This document shows, piece by piece, positions 1 through 10,139 of a stretch of 64,000 bases of DNA. The stretch comes from an uncultured Spirochaetota bacterium. Its GTDB lineage: Bacteria > Spirochaetota > Spirochaetia > SZUA-6 > Fen-1364. The notes under the pieces were generated by a model. That model searched no databases. It was not told the origin of the DNA and saw nothing but the letters and a program-made list of their open reading frames with translations. The DNA lies in assembly GCA_963845535.1 (NCBI GenBank), contig CAWJSK010000015.1, positions 320,001 to 384,000 of the forward strand. The letters are read 5' to 3'. How positions within the stretch are numbered: position 1 is the stretch's first letter; every line of letters starts with the position of its first letter. A program made the translations under genes and the position numbers.

Positions 1-35
1 CTAATCGTGATGATGACGTTCGGAGTCGCTTCCAT
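1..35 (-). CDS. N-terminus of a gene running off the window; possibly cytidylate-kinase-like family
   Basis: ATG at 35 reads MEATPNVIITI(S), resembling the VITISR start of the cytidylate-kinase-like family. Only 11 codons are visible. Confidence 0.3.
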   Translation of the reverse strand, partial: MEATPNVIITI

Positions 36-150
36 TTCTCTACCACCCATCATGCATAGGAGTTGTTGATGCAACCAGTATGAGCACCTGAAGTCTTTCA
101 TGCAACCGGACTCGCCGCAGGGCTCCGCCCACCCGCTGCCTGTGGCGAAG

Positions 151-1482
151 TCAACCTTTCCGCAAGGAGGCGTGCATCGGCCGCGAACGGTACACGGCCG
201 CTATTCCCACCCCGAACAGACAGAGCGCCGCGCATATCAAGAGGGCGGGTGCCACCCCCGCGGCCTCTCCGAGGCTTCCTATGAAGAAGCCGCCAATGGG
301 CGTGCTGCCTTGGGTCAGGGGGATGTTGATGCTCAGCACACGACCTCGCAAATGCTCAGGGGTGTTGAGCTGGAGGAGAGAGTTTACCGAAGTGCCATAT
401 GTGATTCCGGTCAGCCCCGCGAAAACAAAGAGCAGCAAGGACAGTCCGTACGATGTCGAAAGAGCCAGAAGCCCCAGGAACAAGCCAAAGAGCGCGCCGC
501 TGACCATCAGGCGACGGAAGGCAATTCTCCTTGCATAGGCCGTGGATAGTGCCGCGGTCAGCGCTCCAATCCCCATCGCAGCACTGAGCAGGCCGTAGCC
601 GGTGGCATCGGTCTTCAGAAGCTTATCGGCCACGAGAGGGACGATCACCGAGAAATTGAAGCCGAAAGTGCCGATGAATGCAGCAACGATCAGGACCGAC
701 CGGATGGCCGGACTGTGCCACGCACACGAAAGACCCTCCTTCAGATTGATGAGTATCGATCCATCGCTTCTGGCCGACCGAGCAAAGAAAGCTCTCGCAT
801 CCATCATCAGAAGCGCTCCAATGACCGGGGTGAAGCTGACCGCATTGAGAATCAGTGCAGGCGCAATACCAATGAGCTTTATCACCACACCCGCCAGGGC
901 CGGGCCGAAAATACGCGCGCCCTGGAATGACATGGAGTTCAGCCCGATGGCGTTTACGAGGTCCTCTCGGCCCACCAATTCGAAAAGAAAGGCCTGCCTC
1001 AGGGGATTGTCGATCGCCGTGATCAAGCCCTGGATGACGGCGAGCACATACACGTGCCACAGCTTGATACCTCCGGTCGTGACCAGCGCGCCGAAGATGG
1101 CCGCCTGGATCATGAGCGACGTCTGCGTCGCCACCAGCGACCCGCGCTTGGGCAGGCGATCAGCCAGGACGCCGCCGAACAGCGCGAACACCATGACGGG
1201 CAGGAACTGCAGCGTGATAACCGTGCCCAGCGCAAGGGGTGAATCTCCGGTGAGCTTGAGCACAAGCCAGGTCTGCGCGGTGGTCTGCATCCATGTGCCG
1301 GTGAGCGAGATGACCTGGCCGGTCCAGAAAAGCCGGAAATTGCGGACGCGGAGAGACTGAAAGCCACGCGTTGCGACGCTCGAAAGGGCACCAATCTGCT
1401 TTCGCCAGATCTCAGTGAGTTTCACTCTTCTCGTACCAATCTTTGCTGGAGAGGATATGACATCAGAGACAAGCCATGACAA
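151..1482 (-). CDS. MFS transporter (12-TM, MFS_3/DUF894-like)
   Basis: RNFRLFWTGQVISLTGTWMQ, GGVLADRLPKR (motif A), LRGRVLS. The start may be slightly downstream. Confidence 0.9.
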   Translation of the reverse strand: MSWLVSDVISSPAKIGTRRVKLTEIWRKQIGALSSVATRGFQSLRVRNFRLFWTGQVISLTGTWMQTTAQTWLVLKLTGDSPLALGTVITLQFLPVMVFALFGGVLADRLPKRGSLVATQTSLMIQAAIFGALVTTGGIKLWHVYVLAVIQGLITAIDNPLRQAFLFELVGREDLVNAIGLNSMSFQGARIFGPALAGVVIKLIGIAPALILNAVSFTPVIGALLMMDARAFFARSARSDGSILINLKEGLSCAWHSPAIRSVLIVAAFIGTFGFNFSVIVPLVADKLLKTDATGYGLLSAAMGIGALTAALSTAYARRIAFRRLMVSGALFGLFLGLLALSTSYGLSLLLFVFAGLTGITYGTSVNSLLQLNTPEHLRGRVLSINIPLTQGSTPIGGFFIGSLGEAAGVAPALLICAALCLFGVGIAAVYRSRPMHASLRKG

Positions 1483-1542
1483 ACAGTCATGCCAAGCAGT
1501 ACGTGTCTCTCAATGTCGCATCGACGTTCCGTGTGTTCATGT

Positions 1543-4347
1543 TCAGGAGCTTCCGGTCTTCAGGTACCTATCCCAAAGACCCCGTTGCTTCTTCAGGAGA
1601 GCGGGAATGTCCAGATGATAAGGGCACCGCTCTACGCAAGTGCGGCACTCCTCGCAGCTTTCCGCGGTCTTGAAGGAATCCTCCACAAACAACCTGGCCT
1701 TTTCCACGGGCATTCTCTTGGCGAACGTCTCCGCAACGAGGAGGGTGCTGATGGGAATCTCATGGGGGCATGGCTGGCAATAGTCGCACCGGTGGCACCA
1801 TTGGCTTCCAAGCCTGCTTCGATACTGCTCGATACGCTGGTTCTCTTCCGCCGTGAGGGGCTCGCTCAACTCCATGACACCGAGGATTTCGCGCAGCTGC
1901 GCCGACGTCTCAATCCCGGGGTCGGGGATCACGTCGGGAAACTGGGAAAGGTACCTGAAGCACAGCAGCGCATCGTCCAGACGGCCGCCGCCGAGAGGCT
2001 TCATGGCGATTACTCCCATGTCGGCCTGACGAGCAAGAGGGATGACGTCGTCCAGGGCGTCGGTGTCAACGAAGTTGAAGGGAATCTGCACCGCCGCGAA
2101 ACGGTCCGTGCGGATCATCTCCGCGGCGACGGGAAGGCTGTGCGAGCTGAAGGCGGCAAACCGTATCTTGCCGGCGCGAATCCCTTGCTCCATGCCTTCA
2201 AAGGCGCCCCCGGGAGCAAGCACCGCCGCCATCCTCCCGCGAGAGCTCACACCGTGGAGCTGGTAAATGTCGATATGGTCGGTGCGAAGCCGCCGAAGGC
2301 TCTCCTCGAGGTCCGATAGAAGGCCCTTGGCGTCCGCTGCGGACGATTTCGTGGCGATGACAACGCTGTCACGGAGCCCCCCTTGTATTGCCTCGCCGAT
2401 CAGCTCCTCGCTGTGTCCGTAGCCATGTGCCGTATCGATGAAGTTTATCCCGAGCTCCAGCGTATCGCGCACGAGCCGCAGGCCGTCCTGCCGCGATAAC
2501 CGCTGAATCGGAATCCCGCCGAAGGCGACCTTCGTCACCATCAAGCCGGTGCGTCCCAAGCGCACGCGTTCGAGCCTCGGTTCGTTCGTCTTCTGCTCTT
2601 GCGGGAAATCGCTAGAATGCAGCTCGTCGTAGAAGACGCGCCTGCCACGCATCAGCGACGCCAGAGCGGCAACCGCCGCCAGAACCGCAGAGATCGAGAA
2701 CGCCATGGCCAGGCCGGACTTGAACGGAGGCGAAATCAAGTTCGGGAAAAACTCCTTGCCGAGAATGAAGGCTCTGCGGGCCGGTGAAAGTACGTCGACC
2801 AGTTTCCCCGGCAGCAGCGTTGCCATGGGGTTGTAGCCCAGAAACGCGGCAAAGATCGCGCCCGTGGGTGGGAGCCCGGCCACCTGCCGGGCTGCGTCTG
2901 CGGAGACTCCCGCGCCGGTGAGCCCCTCGAAGAGCGCTTTGGGCAGATGCGCCGCAAACCCCAACGTCACAACGGTGAAGATCATCGTCATGCTCAGAGT
3001 GTTGGCGGTGTTCAGGAACGTGGCGCGCATCCCCGAAGAGGCGCCGCGATGCTCCGACGGCACGGAGTTCATGATCGCCGTGGTGTTGGGGGCCGCAAAC
3101 ATCCCCATTCCGACCCCGACCAGGAGCAGGAGAACGGCCAGCGGCAGATAGGCAAAGTTTATTGGTGTGAATATCAGTCCAACAAAGGCCGCTGCGACGA
3201 CGAGCATTCCCGTGGTCGAGAAAAACCGCGCCCCGTAGCGGTCCGAGAGGTGGCCGCACAACGGCCCCGCCAGGAGGAAGCCGCCCGTCAGCGGCATCAT
3301 GTAGATGCCCGCCCACAGCGGGGTATCCGCGAAGGAGTAACCGTGCAGGGGCAACCAGATGCCCTGCAGCCAGATGATAAGCATGAGGTTGAGCCCACCT
3401 CGCGCAAGCGAGCTAAGGAAGAGGGCTACATTCCCCGCGGAGAACATCCGGATTCGGAACAGCTCCAGGCGGAACATGGGCTGGGCGGCGCGGCGCTCCA
3501 CGGCCACGAACACAACCAGGGCCGACGCGCCGCCGATCAGGCAGGTGAGGACGAAGGGATTCGCCCAGCCCATCGAGGCCGACCCGTAGGGCTGCAGCCC
3601 GTAGGTCACCCCAACCAGGATCGCCGTGAGGCCCAGGGCGAACAGGAGGTTCCCCGGGATGTCCAGTTTCTGGTGCCTGCGAATGGTTCCCGTTTCCCGA
3701 AGGGCGACGTACGCCCAGATGCTTCCCCCGACGGAGAATGGAACACTGACCAGGAACACGGCTCGCCAGTGGACGGCTGCCAGGAGACCACCGGCCACGA
3801 GCCCGATGAACTGCCCCGCAATCGAGGCGATCTGGTTGATTCCCATGGCCGTGCCGCGCTGCTCCGGAGGAAAGGCATCCGTCAGGATGGCGGTGGAATT
3901 GGAGAAGAGAAATGCCCCGCCGACCGCCTGGATCAGTCGGAAGACGATGATTTGCGTCGCGGCGGCATTGCCCGTTCCTGTCACGAGGAAGAGAAGGATG
4001 GAGCCGACTGCAAAAATGGCAAATCCTAGATTGTACAGACGCACCCTGCCGAACATGTCCGAGATGCGCCCGAAGGTTACCAGGAGCGTCGCCGTCACCA
4101 CCATGTAGCCCATCAGGGTCCAAAGCAGATAATTGGCCTCGTGCGGGGCGAGGGGGTTGATTCCTATTCCCTTGAAGATCGCCGGCAGGGAGATCATGAC
4201 GATGGTTCCATCCAGACCCGCCATGAAAACGCCCAGGGTCGTGTTCGAGAGGGCGATCCATTTGTAGGGGACATGGCCAAAGCGATGACCGGTGGCCGGC
4301 CGACCGCTACGGACTTGCTTGGCCTTCCGAAAGTGTGAGCCATTCAT
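1543..4347 (-). CDS. Fusion of a 14-TM DHA2-type MFS exporter with an aldo/keto reductase carrying a C-terminal 4Fe-4S dicluster
   Basis: N-terminal ~570 aa: [14 protein letters not shown] and AILTDAFP. C-terminal: [60 protein letters not shown]. One uninterrupted ORF. Confidence 0.88.
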   Translation of the reverse strand: MNGSHFRKAKQVRSGRPATGHRFGHVPYKWIALSNTTLGVFMAGLDGTIVMISLPAIFKGIGINPLAPHEANYLLWTLMGYMVVTATLLVTFGRISDMFGRVRLYNLGFAIFAVGSILLFLVTGTGNAAATQIIVFRLIQAVGGAFLFSNSTAILTDAFPPEQRGTAMGINQIASIAGQFIGLVAGGLLAAVHWRAVFLVSVPFSVGGSIWAYVALRETGTIRRHQKLDIPGNLLFALGLTAILVGVTYGLQPYGSASMGWANPFVLTCLIGGASALVVFVAVERRAAQPMFRLELFRIRMFSAGNVALFLSSLARGGLNLMLIIWLQGIWLPLHGYSFADTPLWAGIYMMPLTGGFLLAGPLCGHLSDRYGARFFSTTGMLVVAAAFVGLIFTPINFAYLPLAVLLLLVGVGMGMFAAPNTTAIMNSVPSEHRGASSGMRATFLNTANTLSMTMIFTVVTLGFAAHLPKALFEGLTGAGVSADAARQVAGLPPTGAIFAAFLGYNPMATLLPGKLVDVLSPARRAFILGKEFFPNLISPPFKSGLAMAFSISAVLAAVAALASLMRGRRVFYDELHSSDFPQEQKTNEPRLERVRLGRTGLMVTKVAFGGIPIQRLSRQDGLRLVRDTLELGINFIDTAHGYGHSEELIGEAIQGGLRDSVVIATKSSAADAKGLLSDLEESLRRLRTDHIDIYQLHGVSSRGRMAAVLAPGGAFEGMEQGIRAGKIRFAAFSSHSLPVAAEMIRTDRFAAVQIPFNFVDTDALDDVIPLARQADMGVIAMKPLGGGRLDDALLCFRYLSQFPDVIPDPGIETSAQLREILGVMELSEPLTAEENQRIEQYRSRLGSQWCHRCDYCQPCPHEIPISTLLVAETFAKRMPVEKARLFVEDSFKTAESCEECRTCVERCPYHLDIPALLKKQRGLWDRYLKTGSS

Positions 4348-4414
4348 CGATTGGGCCTTACGGCGCTGCTATCAACCATGTGAAGCGAAACTCCCTCACG
4401 CAAACTGCTCGTTG

Positions 4415-5858
4415 CTAATCTGCCGTCCGGAGACCGACGGCCGCCCTTATTGAGCGCTGAAACAGGCTTCTGTATGCCTGTCCTTCGTGGTACCAGCGGC
4501 TCTTGGGGTCCTGGATCGTGCGCTCCCACTCTGGATCAGCCAGTCGCGCGAACTCCGCTGCGTACTGGTCCACCCACTGGACTACTCGCGAATCGCGAAT
4601 GATGTCCTCCGAGTGCTCGTGACCCTGCGGGACAACGTGCTCGGCCACCGCATCGCGAAGCACGTGGGGATTGTCGATGATCATGCAGGGTCGCATCAGG
4701 TTCAACTTCTCGTTGTAGGGGAATCGTTCGCGGATGCTGCGGAAGAAGGGGGAGTTCGCTGCCTCAAGAATCGATTTTTCCCGAATGTTGTCTACTCCGA
4801 AGTGAGCGAACACGCACGGTTCCACTCTTCCTGAGTTCAGGATATGCAAATACCGCCGGCCTCCGGCCAGGCAGCCGTCTACTGCGGGTCCATCATTCCA
4901 GAAATCAGCCAGAAAAATCGGTAGCCGTCGGCGCAAGTCAGTAACCCTCTTGCCGAACGCCAACCGCTGCCGGGGCGTTGGTACCAGGGCAAGATACCGG
5001 ATCCTTTCCAACGGGCATGAACATGAAATACCATCCGAACAGCGCGCCAGCATCGATGTAATGTTGCAGGAACTTTTCAGTTGAAACCATCTCGGCATTT
5101 TCGCTGGTGTAGGTTACGCTGATTCCGAAAATCACGCCTGCCTTCCTTAGGCGATCGATGGACAGTCTCAGCTTGTCGTACACTCCAACACCTCTTCGGC
5201 GGTCTGTCTCCTCCCGGTAGCCCTCGACACTGATTGCAGGCGCTACATTCCCGAGCCGTGCCAGATTGTTGACAGTCTCCTGGTCAAGCAGGGTTCCGTT
5301 CGTAAACGTCATGAAGTACATGTCCGAATGCTTCTTCCAGAGCCTCATCCAGACGTCTTTCATCAGGTAGGGTTCGCCGCCTGAGACAACGATGAAATAC
5401 GAGCCGAAGCTCCTGGCTTCACCGAGGACCTTCTCGATCTCCTCCTCCGCCAACTCTCCCTCCGTCGAATACAGCCCGGAGTAGCAGCCCCTGCAGTGCA
5501 GGTTGCAGCGCATCGTCGGGCTGATCACGATATGGCTCGGTGCATGAATGCCCCTCTCCTCAAGGGAATCGCGGATTCGAGGCCCCTCCAGGCCCCAATT
5601 GCAAATGAGATTCCTCAACAGTTTTATCTTGCTCTTGGGGCTTGCTTCTTTTCCCAAGCGGAGGAAGAGTTGGAAGAGGCCAGCCTTCTCATGCGAATCC
5701 TGCGCGAACGCGTGGAGAAAATTGCGCACCTCGGCATCCCCGATCCGCTTCGCCACGCCAAGAAGCTTTTCCAGGTCATCCGTTCTGCCTGTCATGCTTT
5801 GCAGAAGCGTCCTCTCAACAAGTCTTTTTGTCAGAAACAACATGTCATTCCCCCCCAC
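4415..5858 (-). CDS. Radical SAM/SPASM-type protein, split by a 1-nt frameshift near 4995
   Basis: CNLHCRGC, SGGEP and FTNGT in ORF 4938-5858, continuing as LVPTPRQR...DFWNDG..GCLAGGRRYLHI..EPCVF..RPCMIIDNP in ORF 4415-5098. Confidence 0.85.
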
Positions 5859-5873
5859 GTGAGCTTTTGGCCG

Positions 5874-6380
5874 TCACGGCCGGCTCTCTCTGCTTTTGAG
5901 CTTATCTACCGTGGAAATCACAAGAGCTAAGGCGCTTGCAAAACGCACTTTCTCCTCCTCGCCCAGCCGCCGCAACCTCTCGCAAAGAAACCCAGTTCTC
6001 ATGGCCAGCGCGACGTTGACGGCATTCAAACCCCCATCGGTCAGTTGATAGAAGACGTTTCTCCGATCCGATGGATCATCGCTTCGGGCAACAAGTCCAT
6101 CCTGCACAAGCTGGTTGAGCATGATGCACTGACTCGAGGAAGAAAGGCCGTCGTAGGCGGCAAGGGGTTTCAGATGGCTCTTGCCAAGAAATCGAAGCGC
6201 GCCCAGACAACGCAGTTTTTCCTCGCTCAGTCCTTTCTTTGCAAAGGGCGGGAACTCTTCGCGAACGTAGCGCTTCATGCTTCGAAACAGTTCAAGGAAA
6301 GAAGCGGCAATCTCCCTGTCATTGCTTGCGCTTTCGCGGGTGGTTGATCTTCTTTTTGCTTTTTGCATCGAGTCTCCCAT
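5874..6380 (-). CDS. MarR family transcriptional regulator
   Basis: LVQDGLVARSDDPSDRRNVFYQLTDGG winged-helix motif; first gene of the operon. Confidence 0.85.
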   Translation of the reverse strand: MGDSMQKAKRRSTTRESASNDREIAASFLELFRSMKRYVREEFPPFAKKGLSEEKLRCLGALRFLGKSHLKPLAAYDGLSSSSQCIMLNQLVQDGLVARSDDPSDRRNVFYQLTDGGLNAVNVALAMRTGFLCERLRRLGEEEKVRFASALALVISTVDKLKSRESRP

Positions 6381-6508
6381 GTTTCGTCCAGAGTCTGAAT
6401 CTCAATGTAGTTTGAGACTAAAATTAGTTTACTATAAAATGATTTTAACTGCAAGACTGCCTTGAGAAGGGATTTTGACTTCACGGAGACGGCTCGCGTC
6501 CACCCCGG

Positions 6509-6979
6509 TCATGTGGCCTTTGGTTCTTCGTCCTCGAAGGCCTGAGCCATGCCAAGAACGGAAGTCGAAGAGAGGATCTTTTTAACGAAAGTGCTGCGCT
6601 TGATGAGCATGGCGATCCGCGCGAGAGCCTTCAGGTGCAGGCTGTGTTCCTGGCGGCCGCCTATGAGCAAGAAGACAAGATGGATCGGCTTTCCGTCGAA
6701 TGAACCGAACTCGAGGCCTCTCGGTGAACGTGCCAGTGTGATGACGAGCTCGGGGACCTCGTCGGCGATGCAGTGCGGTAGTGCGATGCCGTTTCCGATG
6801 GCGGTGCTTTGCACGATCTCCCGCGCCATGAGGTGCGCAAAGAGCTCCCCCTCGTCCTCGACAAGACCCTTTTCGGCTACCACGTGGACGATTTTGCGGA
6901 GCGCGTCTTCTTTGGTTTTTTCGGCAAGGTCTGCAATGAAGCACTCGGGATGGATGTAGCGGGTGAGCCTTATCGCCAT
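6509..6979 (-). CDS. PTS EIIA domain protein (Ntr/fructose type)
   Basis: AREIVQSTAIGNGIALPHC, FGSFDGKPIHLVFLL, HLKALARIA. Confidence 0.9.
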   Translation of the reverse strand: MAIRLTRYIHPECFIADLAEKTKEDALRKIVHVVAEKGLVEDEGELFAHLMAREIVQSTAIGNGIALPHCIADEVPELVITLARSPRGLEFGSFDGKPIHLVFLLIGGRQEHSLHLKALARIAMLIKRSTFVKKILSSTSVLGMAQAFEDEEPKAT

Positions 6980-7284
6980 GGTTTCTCACTTTTTCGCCTC
7001 GAGGCTTTGCATCGGCTTTCGTTCATGGCATTTACCTCGTCCAGAAACAGTCTTGCGAAGTCAAAAATGGGCAACCGCCGTGAGGCGCCCTCCCCATCGC
7101 AAACCCTTGGACTCGCCCGGTCCTGGGTTTGGTAGCGTCATTGTGATCGTCGCCTCTCCTTGCCTTTTGCCTTCGCTGGTCAGGAAACAATCGCTCATCA
7201 TTCGGAGCATACCGAGACAATCACTGCATACTAAAAGCATTTTGTCATAAAATTATAACTGCGTTAATCTCATGCAGTCGTGAC

Positions 7285-8104
7285 CTACCCACCAAGATTC
7301 TTGAGAAAGAAGCTCACAAGCCGCGCGAACGAATCCCGAGATGCGTGCACGTCATAACTCGGCCCGTCGTCGTTGAAGAAAGCGTGAGAAGCTCCTTGGT
7401 AGATGTGGTGCTCGTATGATTTTCCGCTTTTGCGCATTGCTTCCTGAAACGCCTTTATTCCTGCGTTGATACGTTGGTCCTTCTCGCCGTAGAAGGCGAT
7501 CACGGGACAGTTGATATTGGCCACCCTTTCAACGGGTGGAGCGCTTCCATAAAACATGGCCGCGGCAGCCAACTCAGGCTCTTCGCAGGCCAGAAGAGCT
7601 GAGAGACCTCCACCCATACAGAAGCCCACACATCCTACCCTCTGTTGTTGGGTCTCGGAGCGTTCTGATCGCAAGTAGCGCACCGCCCTGCGGAGAGGAG
7701 CCACTATGCTTTTCAAACGATCCGGGGAGGCAGAGGCAAAGATTCGTCCAAAGCTCTCGCTGATCTGCTGCCTGTCGATTTCTGGTAGCTTGGCCAACTC
7801 GGCATCCCTCGCCCCGGGATTCATCATCGTGCCCTGTGGCAACCGCTGCATGAAGGCCACGACTTCTGCAATCCGCTCCCGGCTCGAGAGCCGGAGGTCT
7901 CTCGACCTTGACGGCGTATAAGTCTGGAGCAAGTGCGACATAGCCCGCGGCGGCAATCCGTCGCGTCACGTCTTCGATCTGCTCGTTCACTCCCCAGGCT
8001 TCCTGGATTACCACAATACCCGGAAGAGGTGCCGACGCTCGCTCAGCCTTCGCGAGATACCCAATCTGATCTCCGTAATGGACCCACTCGCCCTTAATCG
8101 CCAT
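7285..8104 (-). CDS. Dienelactone hydrolase family protein, frameshifted near 7890
   Basis: GIVVIQEAWGVNEQIEDVTRRIAAAGYVALAPDLY in one frame; GFCMGG, FYG and HAFFND in the next. ATG at 8104 with GGGAGG RBS. Confidence 0.85.
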
Positions 8105-8726
8105 TGTTTCCTCCCGGTCTTGATAACCGAAAATGTGATAACCGCTGTGCAACGAAAATCCCGATCGTGACCACCCCATGCCCGTTTTTTCACGGTATGA
8201 TGTCGAAAAAATCGCTTGGCCCGCCGGCTGCTTTTTGTGAGAGTGCGACAGCATTGCGCCCGCAACGTCTTTATTCGGCGATCGACTCTGGAGTATATCC
8301 TCGAGGACCTGATCCCTCTATAAACGCAATCTGAAAAGTTCGTAACAAACTGTTATGGACACAAGGTTTTCCTGATGCGGAGACACGCATACTCTCCACC
8401 ACTCGTCACAGGGGTTCGCGAAATGAGCAATCACTCTATATTAAAATCATTTTGGAGCAAAACTACCGCTGTGTCAATCGCACAAACGTTTGCAAGTCGA
8501 ATTTTTTTGATAAGCGGATGTCATAGCGCACGCCTCGATCGCATTCGTGAGCCTTGGGCACGTTCAAAGAGCTGCGGTTTGCTTTTGGTGGAATAGGTTG
8601 GGCGGAGCGAAAAGGCGGAGGCCCTCATCAAGATCTGGGCTCCGGTACGGCGCATAGAAGCTGTATTCATTCCTGCGTACCTTGCGTGTTAGCAGGCAGG
8701 AATAGAGAGAAGAACAGTGATCGAGC

Positions 8727-8927
8727 TCAGCGTTTCTGCCAGTGTTTGCATGTCCTCAGGCTTGGCAGTTGGTCTACAAGATCTCGATAGAGGCAATGCT
8801 CCTCGTAGGTGTGTTTCCAATGGCAGGATTCGCACGTCTCATCTTTGAGAAGGAGAATTGCGGCTTTATCAAGCGTGTCTTTCATAGAGAACACTATACG
8901 CTGAAGGTCTTGTGCGATCCAGGTCAC
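8727..8927 (-). CDS. Small Cys/His-rich hypothetical protein
   Basis: 66 aa containing CESCHW...HC...CKHW. No family recognised. Confidence 0.35.
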   Translation of the reverse strand: MTWIAQDLQRIVFSMKDTLDKAAILLLKDETCESCHWKHTYEEHCLYRDLVDQLPSLRTCKHWQKR

Positions 8928-9048
8928 AGTCGGTACAGCGGCGCGCTTCGGGCAAGTACATGGGAGATTTCTCCTACGGCGGCTTTGCTTCTGAAGTATC
9001 GGTGAAAGTCGCCGGCTACCAGATCAAGGAAATCACAGTAGCCAATAA

Positions 9049-9201
9049 TCAGACAACCAGGCATACGAAAATGGACTTCTTGTCGCCGTCCCATCACCGC
9101 TGGCAAAATGGCCCGTCCTGGGTGGCTCCCTCAACAAGGTAGTAGAGTCTGTTCTCTTCATCTTTCGCCAGCAGCAGACCCCTGAATCTCAAAGCTCTCA
9201 T
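9049..9201 (-). pseudogene. Remnant of a small phage/ICE-type Zn-ribbon protein
   Basis: Reads ...LYYLVEGATQDGPFCQR*WDGDKKSIF, with an in-frame TGA at 9094-9096 where a CxxC Cys would be expected. Confidence 0.35.
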
Positions 9202-9620
9202 GGATGGCTGCTCGGATGGCACCCCGATGGGTGCACGCGATGCGGCGGTGATCGCGCTGGGCTATGGCGCGGGCCTTCGCCGAACGGAGATTGCAGGCCT
9301 TGCCTCGAGGATGCGCGCACCGAGGGGGCAGGCCTCGTGGTGCGCGTCGTGGGCAAGGGAGCCAAGGAGCGCCTGGTGTATCTGGACAACGGCGCCGCCG
9401 AAGCGATCGCTGACTACATCGCCTCGCGCGGCGCGGCGCCAGGGGCGTTTCTGTGGTGTGCCCGCAAGGGCGGAAAGCTCAACGCCGGCGTGTCAATGAT
9501 CTTCTGGACGCCGGCGTGGATATCGCTACCGTGCTGCGATGGCGGGCCACTCGCGGGTGACCACCACGCAACGATACGACAGGCGCGGTGAAGAGGCAAA
9601 AAGAAAAGCTGCAGGACGTT
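9200..9620 (+). pseudogene. Tyrosine recombinase remnant (frameshifted, internally deleted)
   Basis: RDAAVIALGYGAGLRRTEI, GKGAKER, LLDAGVDIATV and AGHSRVTTTQRYD lie in different frames. The HxLR box is missing. Confidence 0.85.
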
Positions 9621-9649
9621 GCAGGTGCCCTGCTCACGGAGTCACTAGT

Positions 9650-10060
9650 TCTTCGACCGGCTGTACCGCAACGTTGGTACTCGTTGTCACGTTTGGAAGG
9701 CGAGCCGGGCTTGGCCGGAATCGGGAGGCGCACATCGCGATGCAGCGATACCGGCTTCTCGTCCAGGCATACGACGCGTTCAGAGGCGCTATGGGGCTTT
9801 TCGTACAGCGCCAGCACGTCCTCCATCGTGCGGATGTACTGCGGGGTCAACTCTGCCACGCACCACATCTTTTTCCCGCCAAGACTATCCGGGTGCTCTT
9901 GGAAAGCCACGACTTGAAGCCGTCACCCGAGGAACGAGGTTGCGTCTGACAGCCTCTTGCGCCACCAAACGTACCGTCCAGCAAGCACGGCCTTGCGGCG
10001 GCTGACTGCATACCATGGCAACGATGCGTTGCTTATGGGATGCATCCAGAATCTGACTGA
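9650..10060 (-). pseudogene. IS630-family transposase fragments
   Basis: IVAMVCSQPPQGRACWTVRLVA and KMWCVAELTPQYIRTMEDVLALYEKP...VVCLDEKP...DNEYQRCGTA. Truncated at both ends. Confidence 0.85.
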
Positions 10061-10139
10061 CTCCCGTGTTCGCAAGGAAGAATCTCTTAAGGCAAACGGC
10101 CTTAATGGTGTTTTCAGGGGCTTTCGCGTTCTTGGTATC

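Noticed and set aside
2716..2725. GGACTTGAAC matching the tRNA-Leu T-arm as a possible second att site
   Set aside because: Only 10 bp and inside an intact CDS; a chance match.
7040..7200. Possible riboswitch upstream of the PTS EIIA gene
   Set aside because: A GCGATGG segment recalls the fluoride riboswitch, but the remaining consensus and pairing are absent.
9094..9096. In-frame TGA in CQR*WD as possible selenocysteine (CxxU)
   Set aside because: It lies in degraded mobile debris, the frame closes 15 codons later and no SECIS-like hairpin is evident. A TGC/TGT-to-TGA nonsense change is simpler.
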